The notes below the pieces were generated by a model. It saw only the letters and a list, made by a program, of their open reading frames with translations, was not told where the DNA came from and made no database searches. The translations under genes were made by a program, and so were the position numbers. From Candidatus Bathyarchaeota archaeon (GTDB taxonomy: Archaea > Thermoproteota > Bathyarchaeia > 40CM-2-53-6): a DNA stretch of 64,000 bases. The stretch lies in contig CAVTBR010000003.1 in the NCBI GenBank assembly GCA_963733055.1, positions 256,001-320,000 on the forward strand, given 5' to 3'. Positions within the stretch are counted from its first letter, which is position 1; every line of letters starts with the position of its first letter. Shown in pieces: positions 9,817-20,757 of this stretch.

Positions 9817-10128
9817 CTATTGTCTCACTCCGCACAAATCACAGAAGATCGCCGCTGCAGGAATCTCGGCCTGGCAATCTCTGCATCTCTTCGTGACGAC
9901 GGTGGTCACTACGGTATCCGTAACCTCTACAGGAGACGCGAGCGTGAGGGGAGGCGCATTCAATCTGAGAGGTGGCGGGTTCTTGAGGTTGTTCTCCCTG
10001 ATGTACTTGTGGAGTCCCTTGGATAGCTGGGCATAACTTACGTGATCTCCCTCCGTTACACCTAACATTGTTGCCAGTATCTTATCCGCGTAAACTGACT
10101 TCTTGGTAAGCCCATTCAAGTCAGACAC
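9817..10128 (-). CDS. SWIB/MDM2-like domain plus C-terminal zinc ribbon protein
   Basis: LATMLG...VSYAQLSKGLHKYIRENNLKNP resembles the SWIB helix bundle; CRDC...FCDLCG ribbon. Confidence 0.65.
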   Translation of the reverse strand: MSDLNGLTKKSVYADKILATMLGVTEGDHVSYAQLSKGLHKYIRENNLKNPPPLRLNAPPLTLASPVEVTDTVVTTVVTKRCRDCQAEIPAAAIFCDLCGVRQ

Positions 10129-10222
10129 GTCAAAAGTTTAGGTTTGCGGCGGTAATTAGTACTTTCGACCGATTCCGACATCTTATCTTCGCATACACGG
10201 TCGTTGAGGTAGACGGACCAGT

Positions 10223-10783
10223 TTAAGACCAAGGGATCGGGGGTTTTCTAACCAATCCGTAGGCGAGAAGGACTATCCCTACTACGCTGAGGCCCCAACC
10301 CACGTAGGGTGTTCTCGGGTCTGGTTGTCGACTAGTCGACACCTCATTGTAACTTACCGATAATGTCACATATTTCTTGAAGAGAGAGGCTCTGTTGTCG
10401 AAGACGAAGTGGTACACGCCGGCGTTGTTCGAGTTGAAGGTGAAGTTGGAGTGCCCCTGTTCATCTCCGGAAAATACGAAGCTTGACTGTTGGCCCGCGG
10501 CCCAATTCTGGTAATTGGTGCTGTCGAAAACTAGGAATTGAACATCGCTTGAACTATTTGAGGGGGCTTGGGTAACGTCGACCGTGCCGAAAACGGTTAC
10601 GCCGGCAGGTAATGAGTATGGCCTGTCCGCTACATCGCCCACTAAGAATCCAGCTCGCGATTCCACATCGTGCCTCTGCACGATCTGAACTTCGACGGTA
10701 ATGTATTGACCGGCAATGGTAAGCACCAGGATGCCCGCAAGAAGGAGGATGGCCCCGATTAGGGTCGTTTTCAGTAGAACCAT
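10223..10783 (-). CDS. membrane protein with emp24/GOLD-like domain
   Basis: N- and C-terminal TM helices; DVQFLVFD...FTF...GVYHFVFDNRASLFKKYVTLSV. Confidence 0.65.
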   Translation of the reverse strand: MVLLKTTLIGAILLLAGILVLTIAGQYITVEVQIVQRHDVESRAGFLVGDVADRPYSLPAGVTVFGTVDVTQAPSNSSSDVQFLVFDSTNYQNWAAGQQSSFVFSGDEQGHSNFTFNSNNAGVYHFVFDNRASLFKKYVTLSVSYNEVSTSRQPDPRTPYVGWGLSVVGIVLLAYGLVRKPPIPWS

Positions 10784-10903
10784 TCTGTAATCGCTAAGAA
10801 TCAGCCATAGGGACCCATGTTATCTGGTTTGGAAACGCCATTGCGTCCAATTGAACGACGTACCGCAAATCAGATTTATGTGAATGTGTTTCTGGCCGAG
10901 CAG

Positions 10904-11278
10904 ATGGTTTCCATGCCAAAAGACCCAAGCAAATCCCTGCCCGTGGAACAGTTCATCAGTTTACAGGTAATCGACACAAAGGGTTCGCTGGTTGGGACTG
11001 TGAAAGACATCTTGGTAGATTTCGCGAATAGAGAGATCTCAATTCGAGTCTCGACGAAGAATAAGGGAGATATGGACTTCGGGTGGGACGATGTGCAATC
11101 TGTTGAAGATGTTGTCCTACTCAAGAAGGAGGTCGATATCTCATCCCAGGAAGAAACAGAGGCGGATGCTACTAAGGCGCGGACAGTTAAGGCGGCCTTA
11201 ATTTGCCCCAACTGTGGCGCGTCGATGCCGGCACGGGCGAAGTTCTGTTCAAAGTGCGGGTCGGACCTTACGTCGTAA
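10904..11278 (+). CDS. PRC-barrel plus zinc ribbon protein
   Basis: QVIDTKGSLVGTVKDILVD...WDDVQSVEDVVLLK; CPNCG...FCSKCG. Confidence 0.8.
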   Translation: MVSMPKDPSKSLPVEQFISLQVIDTKGSLVGTVKDILVDFANREISIRVSTKNKGDMDFGWDDVQSVEDVVLLKKEVDISSQEETEADATKARTVKAALICPNCGASMPARAKFCSKCGSDLTS

Positions 11279-12128
11279 GCAAGGGTTGCTTCGGTTTCGC
11301 CTTGCTACCATGGGCCTCGATATCTTGGAGTGATTGAAGCTCCTTTATTCCTCTGAGCTTATGCCGAATCAGAGTGTTCTCCAATTCCTCCTTCAACAGA
11401 TGCAATATGTCCTTGTGCATGTGAACGAACATGGAGTGGGTTCGATCCCTTGGACGATCTAAGGATACGGGCATGACTTTCTTGACTCTCGCTGGCCTTG
11501 AGGATAGGACGACGACTTTGTCCGCCATCTCAATGGCTTCGGAAAGGTTGTGAGTGACAAGAACGAACGTCTTCCCGGTTTGCTTGTGTATATCGGTTAC
11601 TTCTTCACGAAGCACTTCAGCGGTAACTTCGTCGATTGCGCTGAACGCTTCATCCATTAGAACGACCTCAGGTTCGACTGCAAGTGCGCGTGCGATTCCG
11701 ACGCGTTGCCTCATTCCGCCGGATAGTTGCTTAGGGTACATGTGTTCGTATCCCCCGAGACCCACCATCTCTAGGTATTGCTCCGACAATTCTCGTCGTT
11801 CCTTTTTTGGCACCTTCTGCATTTCCAACCCATATTCGACGTTCTCCAAAACGTTTCTCCACGGGAACAAGCCGAAGGCCTGAAAGACCATGCTGATCTT
11901 TTCATGTGGGCCTCGAACGGCTCCACCGTTAAAGCGAACTTCTCCCGACGAAGGTCTATCTAGTCCGGCAATGATCTTTAGCAAAGTTGACTTTCCGCAC
12001 CCGCTAGGGCCGACGATGGATACGAATTCTCCAAGACCGATACCGAAACTCACTTCGTGCAGTGCGTGCAGTTTTCTTTCAACGTCGTAGAATTTGCTGA
12101 CGTTGTCTAATTCGACGTGATTATCCAT
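11268..12128 (-). CDS. NitT/TauT-family ABC transporter ATP-binding subunit
   Basis: GPSGCGKST, LSGGMRQR, LMDEAF, VTH. Confidence 0.93.
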   Translation of the reverse strand: MDNHVELDNVSKFYDVERKLHALHEVSFGIGLGEFVSIVGPSGCGKSTLLKIIAGLDRPSSGEVRFNGGAVRGPHEKISMVFQAFGLFPWRNVLENVEYGLEMQKVPKKERRELSEQYLEMVGLGGYEHMYPKQLSGGMRQRVGIARALAVEPEVVLMDEAFSAIDEVTAEVLREEVTDIHKQTGKTFVLVTHNLSEAIEMADKVVVLSSRPARVKKVMPVSLDRPRDRTHSMFVHMHKDILHLLKEELENTLIRHKLRGIKELQSLQDIEAHGSKAKPKQPLLTT

Positions 12129-12934
12129 TATGCCCACTTCTTCGCCCATGACTCCAACGAGCCGAAAAACGCCCTATCAACAGCGATCGCCACCAAAGCG
12201 ATTGCCAATATTGCGGCAAATCCGCTCTGCAACGAACCCGACGTGATATTACCGTCGATGAAGTTGCCTACCCCCGCCATTCGCGTGGCGATCTCAATTG
12301 CAATTATGATCTCCCATGCGAAATCGTACGCTAACCTCAACCCGCTGAACATGTGCGGGGAGATGGCGGGTAGAACCATCTTTGTAAAGGTCGAGAGACG
12401 TCCTGATTTGAAGATGGTCGTGACGTCGAACAGCTCGCGCGGAATATTCCTGGTTCCCTCGCGCACAGTGAAGTAGATCGGAAAGAAACCGGCTGTCGAC
12501 GCCATTATCACAGCAGCGACGTTGCCTGGGCCGAACCACAGTACGAGGAGCGGCAGAAAGGATAGATCCGGAAGCGCACCGAAGAGCATGATCAGCGGCG
12601 TGAAGGTTAGATCAAACTTATGCTTGCTGCCGGCCGCGAAAGCCAGTGGAAGAGCGATAGCGAATCCTAGGAGAAGCCCGAAGACTAGATTCAGAAAGCT
12701 GTGGGCTATTCGAAACAGAAACGTTTCGCTCTGAATGGATGAAATGAAGACAACTAGCACGCTGGAAAATGTCGGCAGACTATTTCTGGGTACAAGGCCA
12801 AGCCTGGTCGTTAGTTCCCACACCGTAAAACCCAATGCGAGCGGTGCGACCCACAGATAATTTGAAAATCTGTTACCTCCAAACACCGATGCAGTCAGGG
12901 ATAGCGCGAGGGCCTTCTGTTTCTCTACAGACAC
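12128..12934 (-). CDS. NitT/TauT-family ABC transporter permease
   Basis: About 6 TM helices, PLLVLWFG, VLPA...GLRLA, overlaps the ATPase start. Confidence 0.9.
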   Translation of the reverse strand: MSVEKQKALALSLTASVFGGNRFSNYLWVAPLALGFTVWELTTRLGLVPRNSLPTFSSVLVVFISSIQSETFLFRIAHSFLNLVFGLLLGFAIALPLAFAAGSKHKFDLTFTPLIMLFGALPDLSFLPLLVLWFGPGNVAAVIMASTAGFFPIYFTVREGTRNIPRELFDVTTIFKSGRLSTFTKMVLPAISPHMFSGLRLAYDFAWEIIIAIEIATRMAGVGNFIDGNITSGSLQSGFAAILAIALVAIAVDRAFFGSLESWAKKWA

Positions 12935-13293
12935 TTGATTGCGACCTCAGAATGCGATAAGCAAGTAGATGTCATGCTAACTGTCAAATTAAGGTTGGAA
13001 CGTTTTCTTTACGCAACTTGCTTCGAAAATGTGTCGTACCGACGAAATAATCTCGTTGAAAATCAACCGCAAATCGTTAATTGAAAACGATGACCATGAA
13101 GTGATTTACAGTCGGGTGTTAACAATAGTCCTCGTTGTGAAGCTGGGAACGCGTATTCCCGAGCTTCACCTACTTTTCTATGTGCAGCATCGCACATTCT
13201 TAATAGAAGATAGGCATATTCCTCGTTGCGAGTTGTGGAAACATAGAGAATAGTCGGCGGATCGACAAAGAAACATTAAGCGTTGATTAATCC

Positions 13294-14070
13294 TTGGGCG
13301 AATTCACAACATTTCCAGAATTCGAGAAGGAGATTCGACGAATAATCTTCGAAGCCGAAAACCGAAAGATCCCACTCCGGATCATGGGTGGAGCCGCCAT
13401 ACGAATGCACTGCCCCGACCACAAAGACTTGTACGACCGACTCAAACGCACACCCAAACACGACATGGATTTCGTTACATACAGCAAATATCGGCCTCTA
13501 ACGAAGAAATTGTTCACGGACTTTGGGTACGAACCTTACATCTCCATGGCGCTCACCGGCGCGACTGGGATGCATAGACAAATCTTCAACGATAAGGAAG
13601 GAAACAGGGCCATAGACGTCTTCCTGGACAAGCTGCAAATGTCTCACGTGATTGACTTTACCGGCAGGCTTCAGGTTGATTCGCCCACTGTGCCATTGGC
13701 AGAGCTTCTGCTGCAGAAGCTTCAGATTGTTCAGACGAACGAGAAAGACATCCAAGATGCGATAATACTTCTGAGCGAACACGACGTCGGGAATGGAGAT
13801 GCGGAGCAAGTAAATGGGGAATACATCGCTGAGATCTTGGGTAATGAATGGGGGTTCAACTATACGGTATCAGAGAACCTCGCGAAACTAAAGGAGTTCC
13901 TGGGCAAGTACAACCTCAGCAAGAAAGACAGCGAGGCGGTTTCACTAAGCATTGATAGGCTCAAAGCTATGGCCGAGAAGCAACCGAAAACCCTGAGATG
14001 GAAGCTGCGCGCTAAAGTCGGAACTTCGACCAAATGGTATAATGACGTTGAGGAAGTCCAACGCGGCTAA
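13294..14070 (+). CDS. uncharacterised nucleotidyltransferase-fold protein
   Basis: MGGAAIRMHC...HDMDFV...IDVFLD, ELLLQKLQIV..NEKD..D; paralogue of 62386-63171. Confidence 0.7.
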   Translation: MGEFTTFPEFEKEIRRIIFEAENRKIPLRIMGGAAIRMHCPDHKDLYDRLKRTPKHDMDFVTYSKYRPLTKKLFTDFGYEPYISMALTGATGMHRQIFNDKEGNRAIDVFLDKLQMSHVIDFTGRLQVDSPTVPLAELLLQKLQIVQTNEKDIQDAIILLSEHDVGNGDAEQVNGEYIAEILGNEWGFNYTVSENLAKLKEFLGKYNLSKKDSEAVSLSIDRLKAMAEKQPKTLRWKLRAKVGTSTKWYNDVEEVQRG

Positions 14071-14104
14071 CCAAGATCGGAGATTCCTTGGTTCCCTGAA
14101 TCGA

Positions 14105-14323
14105 TTACCGTCGCATCAGGAACAGAACAAGGAAGAGTACAGGGAACATTATCAACATCGGAATTAACAGCTGGTACTTTCGTTTCTTTTCCAAGCGCTT
14201 GAATTGGTCTTCACAATCTGAGCTGCAAAACTCCTTCTCAACAGCGATAGGGGTGGAGCAGACGATGCAGTGCCTGTGGCGAGGGACGCTGACTTTTTCG
14301 GCTTGCTTGAGGTACTTTGACAT
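14105..14323 (-). CDS. DUF2116-like Zn-ribbon membrane protein
   Basis: PRHRHCIVCSTPI...FCSSDC plus C-terminal TM helix. Confidence 0.8.
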   Translation of the reverse strand: MSKYLKQAEKVSVPRHRHCIVCSTPIAVEKEFCSSDCEDQFKRLEKKRKYQLLIPMLIMFPVLFLVLFLMRR

Positions 14324-14400
14324 CGGGTTCTTATTGTAGACGATTTCGATTCGCTAATAAACTATCGCTTACTCTTGCATGACCAATTCGGTTTCCGGCT

Positions 14401-14580
14401 CTATTCCGGTGAATCCCTTCGTCTTCTCCACAGCTTGCCTTCGTCCTCCGCGATTCCGGCGTGGCGGAGTTCGGACGCCATGTGCGTTGGATAATCCTCC
14501 GTACAGAATAGGTTGTTGCAATACTCGCACTTTTCGAGTTTTGGAAATTCCCTGCCACACGTTGCGCATTTAGGCAACAT
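14401..14580 (-). CDS. small AN1-like zinc-finger protein (59 aa)
   Basis: Too short for the ORF track; manual translation MLPKCATCGREFPKLEKCEYCNNLFCTEDYPTHMASELRHAGIAEDEGKLWRRRRDSPE. Confidence 0.7.
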   Translation of the reverse strand: MLPKCATCGREFPKLEKCEYCNNLFCTEDYPTHMASELRHAGIAEDEGKLWRRRRDSPE

Positions 14581-14664
14581 TTACCACGTCAACAATCAAA
14601 GAAGGTGCCAAGATTAAAAGTGAGAAGTAGGGACATACTTCCCGCCGCCAGGGAGCCTCACTTT

Positions 14665-15456
14665 GTGAAATGTGCTACGTGTGGGTCAGAAGTCGATCTT
14701 CCGTTCAAATGCAACTATTGCGGAAACTATTACTGCCCAGACCACAGGCTGCCCGAGAACCATGACTGCAGCGAAAACTGGCGTGTCAAAGCCCTCAAAT
14801 CCGCCCGAGCGATGACCGGCCCTATTCAAGTGGGTACCGGTGCCCGTAGCATGCTATTGCCACTCCGAACCCGTAGTCTTCGATTCAGCCCCACCGAAAT
14901 ACGACACCTACTCCTTGGGACAGTCTTGGTGACCGCCGCGGGCGTTTCATTTCTAATGGGCAATTCGTTCTCGCTACTTGCCTTGGTCGTGGCGACAGTG
15001 ATATTCGCTATGGGATTCATTCTGCATGAACTCGCTCACAAGTATGTGGCGCAACGGTATGGGCTGTGGGCTGAGTTCCGCGTCAACACCATGGGGGTAC
15101 TATTGACTGCGATCTCCATCGTCTCCCCCCTCAAGTTCATTGCGCCTGGGGCGGTGGTGATCTCTGGATTTGCCGACAAGGATCGAATGGGCTTGACAGC
15201 AATCGCTGGACCAATCGTCAATGTCGTAATTACATTGAGCATTCTTGTCACTGTTCCCGTGCTTGGCCACACGTCAATTGGTTTGGCTGTCCTTTATGGC
15301 GCGGCGATCAACGCTTTCCTCGCATTGTTCAATATGATTCCGTTCGCGATTTTTGATGGACGGAAAGTGTACGCGTGGAATCGACGCTACTGGGCTATAC
15401 TGTTCATCGTCGCGTTGGCGCTCACTGCGTATACGTATATTTTGCTGGGACTGTAA
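14665..15456 (+). CDS. AN1 zinc finger-M50 (site-2) membrane metalloprotease
   Basis: KCATC...PFKCNYCGNYYCPDHRLPENHDC; HELAH, AGP, FNMIP..FDG; GTG start at 14665. Confidence 0.88.
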   Translation: MKCATCGSEVDLPFKCNYCGNYYCPDHRLPENHDCSENWRVKALKSARAMTGPIQVGTGARSMLLPLRTRSLRFSPTEIRHLLLGTVLVTAAGVSFLMGNSFSLLALVVATVIFAMGFILHELAHKYVAQRYGLWAEFRVNTMGVLLTAISIVSPLKFIAPGAVVISGFADKDRMGLTAIAGPIVNVVITLSILVTVPVLGHTSIGLAVLYGAAINAFLALFNMIPFAIFDGRKVYAWNRRYWAILFIVALALTAYTYILLGL

Positions 15457-15467
15457 TGGAACCTTGG

Positions 15468-15626
15468 TTACTCTTTGAGTAGGTTTACGATAAGAAAGGC
15501 TCCAACTAGGAACATTACGAGTGCGACTAGGGCGACGATTGAAATGCTCAATCCCCCGTGCCTCATTAGGTAATACCCAACATAGCTCGGCGAAACTATC
15601 AGAGCCGCGGCAACTAGAATCAACAT
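15468..15626 (-). CDS. small two-TM membrane protein
   Basis: Hydrophobic 52-aa C-terminal part of ORF 15468-15806; start uncertain. Confidence 0.5.
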   Translation of the reverse strand: MLILVAAALIVSPSYVGYYLMRHGGLSISIVALVALVMFLVGAFLIVNLLKE

Positions 15627-15787
15627 GACATTAAGGGGACCGCGTTCTTTCTGGGACGGTTTTTCTGCCAGCGTTCTACACCTGTGTCTTCGCTGTCTTC
15701 TTATTTCGTGAAATAAAAGCTTCCCACAGGCTTTATACATAATGATTGTTTGCCGCCTCCTCAACCCGAAATGGAATGTGAATGTGA

Positions 15788-17150
<1,363 letters not shown>

Positions 17151-17177
17151 ACACAACACCAACAGACGACTAATTTC

Positions 17178-17210
17178 ACGGGGGGCTTTCAAGCCCCCGT
17201 CAACTTTTTC
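17178..17210 (+). terminator. hairpin plus U-tract terminator after gdhA
   Basis: acggggggctt-tc-aagcccccgt then caactttttc. Confidence 0.65.
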
Positions 17211-17245
17211 TGCTTCTTCTCTTATCGCTCCTAAGGTATCAGCCT

Positions 17246-17623
17246 GTGAGAATTCTCCACACCTGCTTGAACGTTTCGAATATTGACCGCTCGATCGAGT
17301 TCTACACGAAACATATCGGCTTGCAATTTGTTAGGCGCCGCGAGGTCAAGCAAAACAACGCCGAGATCGCTTTCTTAGAGGATAAAGATGGCGGAGCAAT
17401 CGAGTTGACTTACTGGCGTGACAAGAAAGAGTTGAAGGAAGGCGACAACTTCGACCATATAGCATTCGGAGTCAACAACATAGATTCATCTATCCAAGAC
17501 CTGAGAAAACAGGGGGTAACGATTGCTATGGAACCATTCTCACTTCAGGGCTCAACATCGAAAATAGCATTCATTAAAGACCCCGATGGAAATTGGTTAG
17601 AACTAATCGAATCTCACAACTGA
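17246..17623 (+). CDS. VOC family / lactoylglutathione lyase
   Basis: LHTCLNV...SIEFY, IELTY, DHIAFGV, FIKDPDGNWLELIE. Confidence 0.9.
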   Translation: MRILHTCLNVSNIDRSIEFYTKHIGLQFVRRREVKQNNAEIAFLEDKDGGAIELTYWRDKKELKEGDNFDHIAFGVNNIDSSIQDLRKQGVTIAMEPFSLQGSTSKIAFIKDPDGNWLELIESHN

Positions 17624-17685
17624 AAATGGCTGAGTCAGGCAGTTATGTCGTCGAATAGTTCCCGTTAACGTTAATTAGCGGGGCT

Positions 17686-19476
17686 TTGAGCGTACACGCG
17701 CTCATGCGCCATGTGACCTTCCTTCTCATCGCGTTTCTCGTTCTATCATCTAACTCCCTTCTCACGCCCTCATCATATCGAGCTACATCGCAAGCTGATA
17801 GCAGTTTTGCGTCAAGTAATGCCGGTATCGCGAACACCCAAGTTACGCTTCCCCTTGTTGGATCCGCCACGGATTGGGCTACGGGCAAGTGTGTTCAGAA
17901 TGCAAGTTTGCGTGCAAGTTTGGAGTCAATGATGGCGATTGACCCCAAGAACGCAGACCATCTCGTGGACGCGGCCAACTTCATTTACCAGTGGACTGGC
18001 CCAACATTTTCAGCGTCAATCGGTACGATATCTTCCACTGACGGTGGGCAATCTTGGAAAAGACAATTGATAACAGCAGCTGATTGTACCAAGCCCAATT
18101 TCAAGACGCTTCTTGGCCTGCTTGATCCTTCTATCGCAATTGATGAATCTTCAAACCTATACGCGAGTTTCTTAGCGGTTTCAGCAAAGTCGCGACCCAT
18201 TTACGTGACCCAATCAAGGGATGGAGGGCTGACGTGGACAATCTCCAACCATGGGAATCCTATCTTCGATTCGGGCATCTCAACAACAGTCGGAAATGAG
18301 CCCACGGTGTTAGTTGATAATTACGCATCAAGCCCCAACTATGGAACGATCTATGTAGTCTGGGAAAGACTTTCCATCAAAGACAGCTCCGCGATCGGTA
18401 ACGTAATGCTTTCACGATCAAGCAATAACGGCGACACCTTCTCTCAAGCGGTTCCCGTAAGTCCACAAGGCAACGCTAGTGTAAGCTATGTGAACCCCGT
18501 CCCAGCGATAGGCCCCGGCGGAACGCTCTATGTGAGTTTCGCGTCTGCCGCAGGTAGTTTGATTCCGGCGGCTAATTCGAAGAAGATCGTGTATGTTGTG
18601 AGGTCGCAGAATGGAGGCCAAACCTTCAGCGCTCCTCGCGAAGTTGCGGAAACCGTCCAGCATGGATACGTGAACACGCAGTTCATCTCCAATAGGTACC
18701 AAGCAATAGCCGTCAACCCCTCCAACGGCCACTTGCTACTCGCCTTCCAACACGCGGCTGACGTAGAAAGCCTGCCTGTCGGCAACATCACGTTAACACT
18801 AGCCACGAAAACCGACATCTTACTTTACGAATCAGCAGACGGAGGCTGAACGTGGAACAAACCGTTAACGGTTAACGATAACCCACCAGCTGAAAACGAA
18901 ACGCCCTTTCAACCCACCCTAGCAACCTCCTCGAAGGGTTTGGTCGCAGTCGCTTTCTACGATAGAAGACTCCCCTGCCCGAATTCCGGGTGGATCATGA
19001 CTAATGACACCGGAAAAACGAACCTCTGCATCGACACCGCCCTGCAACTCTACACCGACAAATCCGAATTAAGTCCGGTCGGGAACAACAACAGGGTGAC
19101 GAAGTATAGCTGGGACCCCATGAACCCAGGAGACATGGGCGGAACACAAGGTTTGCGAGCATTATGGTTCATCGGCGATTACTTCGGCTCGGCATTAACA
19201 AATGACACAGCGTACACATCCTTCACCGCTAACTTCGACCTTGGCCAAAACCCAGGACAAAACCCGCAGGTCTTCATCGCTCATTTCACATTGAACCAAA
19301 CCGAAGGCCAAACGCAGTCCCAAACGGCACTTCGCTCGCAAACCGCATCAAGCGTCGAGCAAACCTCACCTTTGTGGCAAGGCGGCGTGACAATTGTTGC
19401 TGTTCTAATAGTCGCGGTTGCTGTCTTGGCTGCTTGGATCGGAGTCCGGAGAAGAAAACGCTCACTCAAACCATAG
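17686..19476 (+). CDS. secreted Asp-box (BNR/sialidase-like) beta-propeller protein with C-terminal TM anchor; in-frame TGA at 18847
   Basis: Repeated S.DGG.TW boxes, VAFYDRR, IGDYFG, TM followed by RRRKR; the two ORFs share one frame. Confidence 0.78.
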
Positions 19477-19489
19477 GGTTCGTTGTCGT

Positions 19490-20257
19490 CTATGGAGTTA
19501 CCTTCTGAGCGAACGTCAGGTATCCCGTATGGCCGACCATCATTGTTGCAGGCCTCGTCTTTCCGGTTTCGGCCCTGATTTCTCGAATGAAAGATTCGAG
19601 GGTGTGCACGTTGACGAATCCAACACTCCGAAATGTCTCAGTGGTCTTCTCGACTTGGTTCATGGTCGGACTGAATGAAACGACTGGAGCGCCACCCGAC
19701 AAAGCTTTGTGAACATGAGGAATCAGAGGCCAAGGATCCCCGACGTCGATTATGGCGGCGTCAAAATCGTTTCCTTCAACTCCCCCGCCAGCGTCGGCCC
19801 TATGAAGCGTGACGTAGTCCGAGACGGAGGCTCTTCTCAGATTACGTTCGGCGATGTCCGCGAATTCATTGCGGGCTTCATAGGTGTGCACATGGCCTCC
19901 CGGCTTCACGGCTGTCGCTGTGGCGACCGTCATAGCCCCGCTCCCCGTCCCAATCTCAAGCACTTTCATACCCGAGGTTAGTGATAGTTTCAGGAGGATA
20001 ATGCCGATGTCTTTTGGGTACATTATCTGAGTCTGTCGGGCTGTGTGCATGATGAAATCGTGGGTGGTCGGTTTGAGAACCCAGAAGACCTCGCCTAATG
20101 AGCTCTTCACCGAGGTTCCAAATTCTCTTCCAATGATTTCGTCCACGTTAATGAAGCCCTTGTGGGTGTGAAACTGTTTGCCTTTCTCGACTCTGAGAAG
20201 CCATTGCCGTCTGAGATCCCAGTAAAGAAGAACCAATGAACTCTCTGAAATTGTCAA
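19490..20257 (-). CDS. trmI: tRNA (adenine-N1)-methyltransferase
   Basis: FHTHKG, TQIMYPKD, VLEIGTGSG, D..DPW, RP...MVGHTGYL. Confidence 0.93.
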   Translation of the reverse strand: MTISESSLVLLYWDLRRQWLLRVEKGKQFHTHKGFINVDEIIGREFGTSVKSSLGEVFWVLKPTTHDFIMHTARQTQIMYPKDIGIILLKLSLTSGMKVLEIGTGSGAMTVATATAVKPGGHVHTYEARNEFADIAERNLRRASVSDYVTLHRADAGGGVEGNDFDAAIIDVGDPWPLIPHVHKALSGGAPVVSFSPTMNQVEKTTETFRSVGFVNVHTLESFIREIRAETGKTRPATMMVGHTGYLTFAQKVTP

Positions 20258-20262
20258 TCTTG

Positions 20263-20709
20263 TCAGCTCATTGAAGATAGTTCCCGAAACCGTCTAGCCA
20301 AATGCTTTGCTCTCCGAACGAGCACAAATCTTAAGATCATTGCGTTCGCCTCTCCTTCGGAACGTACCAGGACGTTTACGAATAAGAGACGAAACAACGT
20401 CGGTATTGCGCATACCACCGCAGCAAACACGCCGGCCGTGGTGACTAGAAGAGTCTGTTGTTGCGTGAGATTGAATAGAAACCAGAAAGGGTTGTCCGCG
20501 GCTACAGCAGTAATCGCGGCAGCGAGTAAAGTCAAGATTGCGAACGGGATCACACCCTTGCGTTCGACCACCACAGCCGTGATTTTGTTGAGGGGTAATT
20601 CGCGGAACTGAACCAAACCGAAGCCTTCGCTGCGAACTACCATTTTGTCCTTGGATAAACTGATCGAACCGTTGACCCCGCGACAGTCAACCTCGTCAGC
20701 GTCGGGCAA
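20263..20709 (-). CDS. hypothetical membrane protein
   Basis: Beta-rich N-terminal part and two TM helices; operonic with trmI. Confidence 0.65.
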   Translation of the reverse strand: MPDADEVDCRGVNGSISLSKDKMVVRSEGFGLVQFRELPLNKITAVVVERKGVIPFAILTLLAAAITAVAADNPFWFLFNLTQQQTLLVTTAGVFAAVVCAIPTLFRLLFVNVLVRSEGEANAMILRFVLVRRAKHLARRFRELSSMS

Positions 20710-20757
20710 AGGCTGAATCCTCTTTATGAATCGTAGACAGGGTTGCAGCGTACCGCT

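Noticed and set aside
13029-13253. 74-aa plus-strand ORF in the ABC/NTase spacer
   Set aside because: No motifs; AT-rich region more consistent with divergent promoters
18847-18849. Selenocysteine or reassigned TGA
   Set aside because: Non-catalytic variable position, no SECIS recognised, and TGA terminates many other genes in the window
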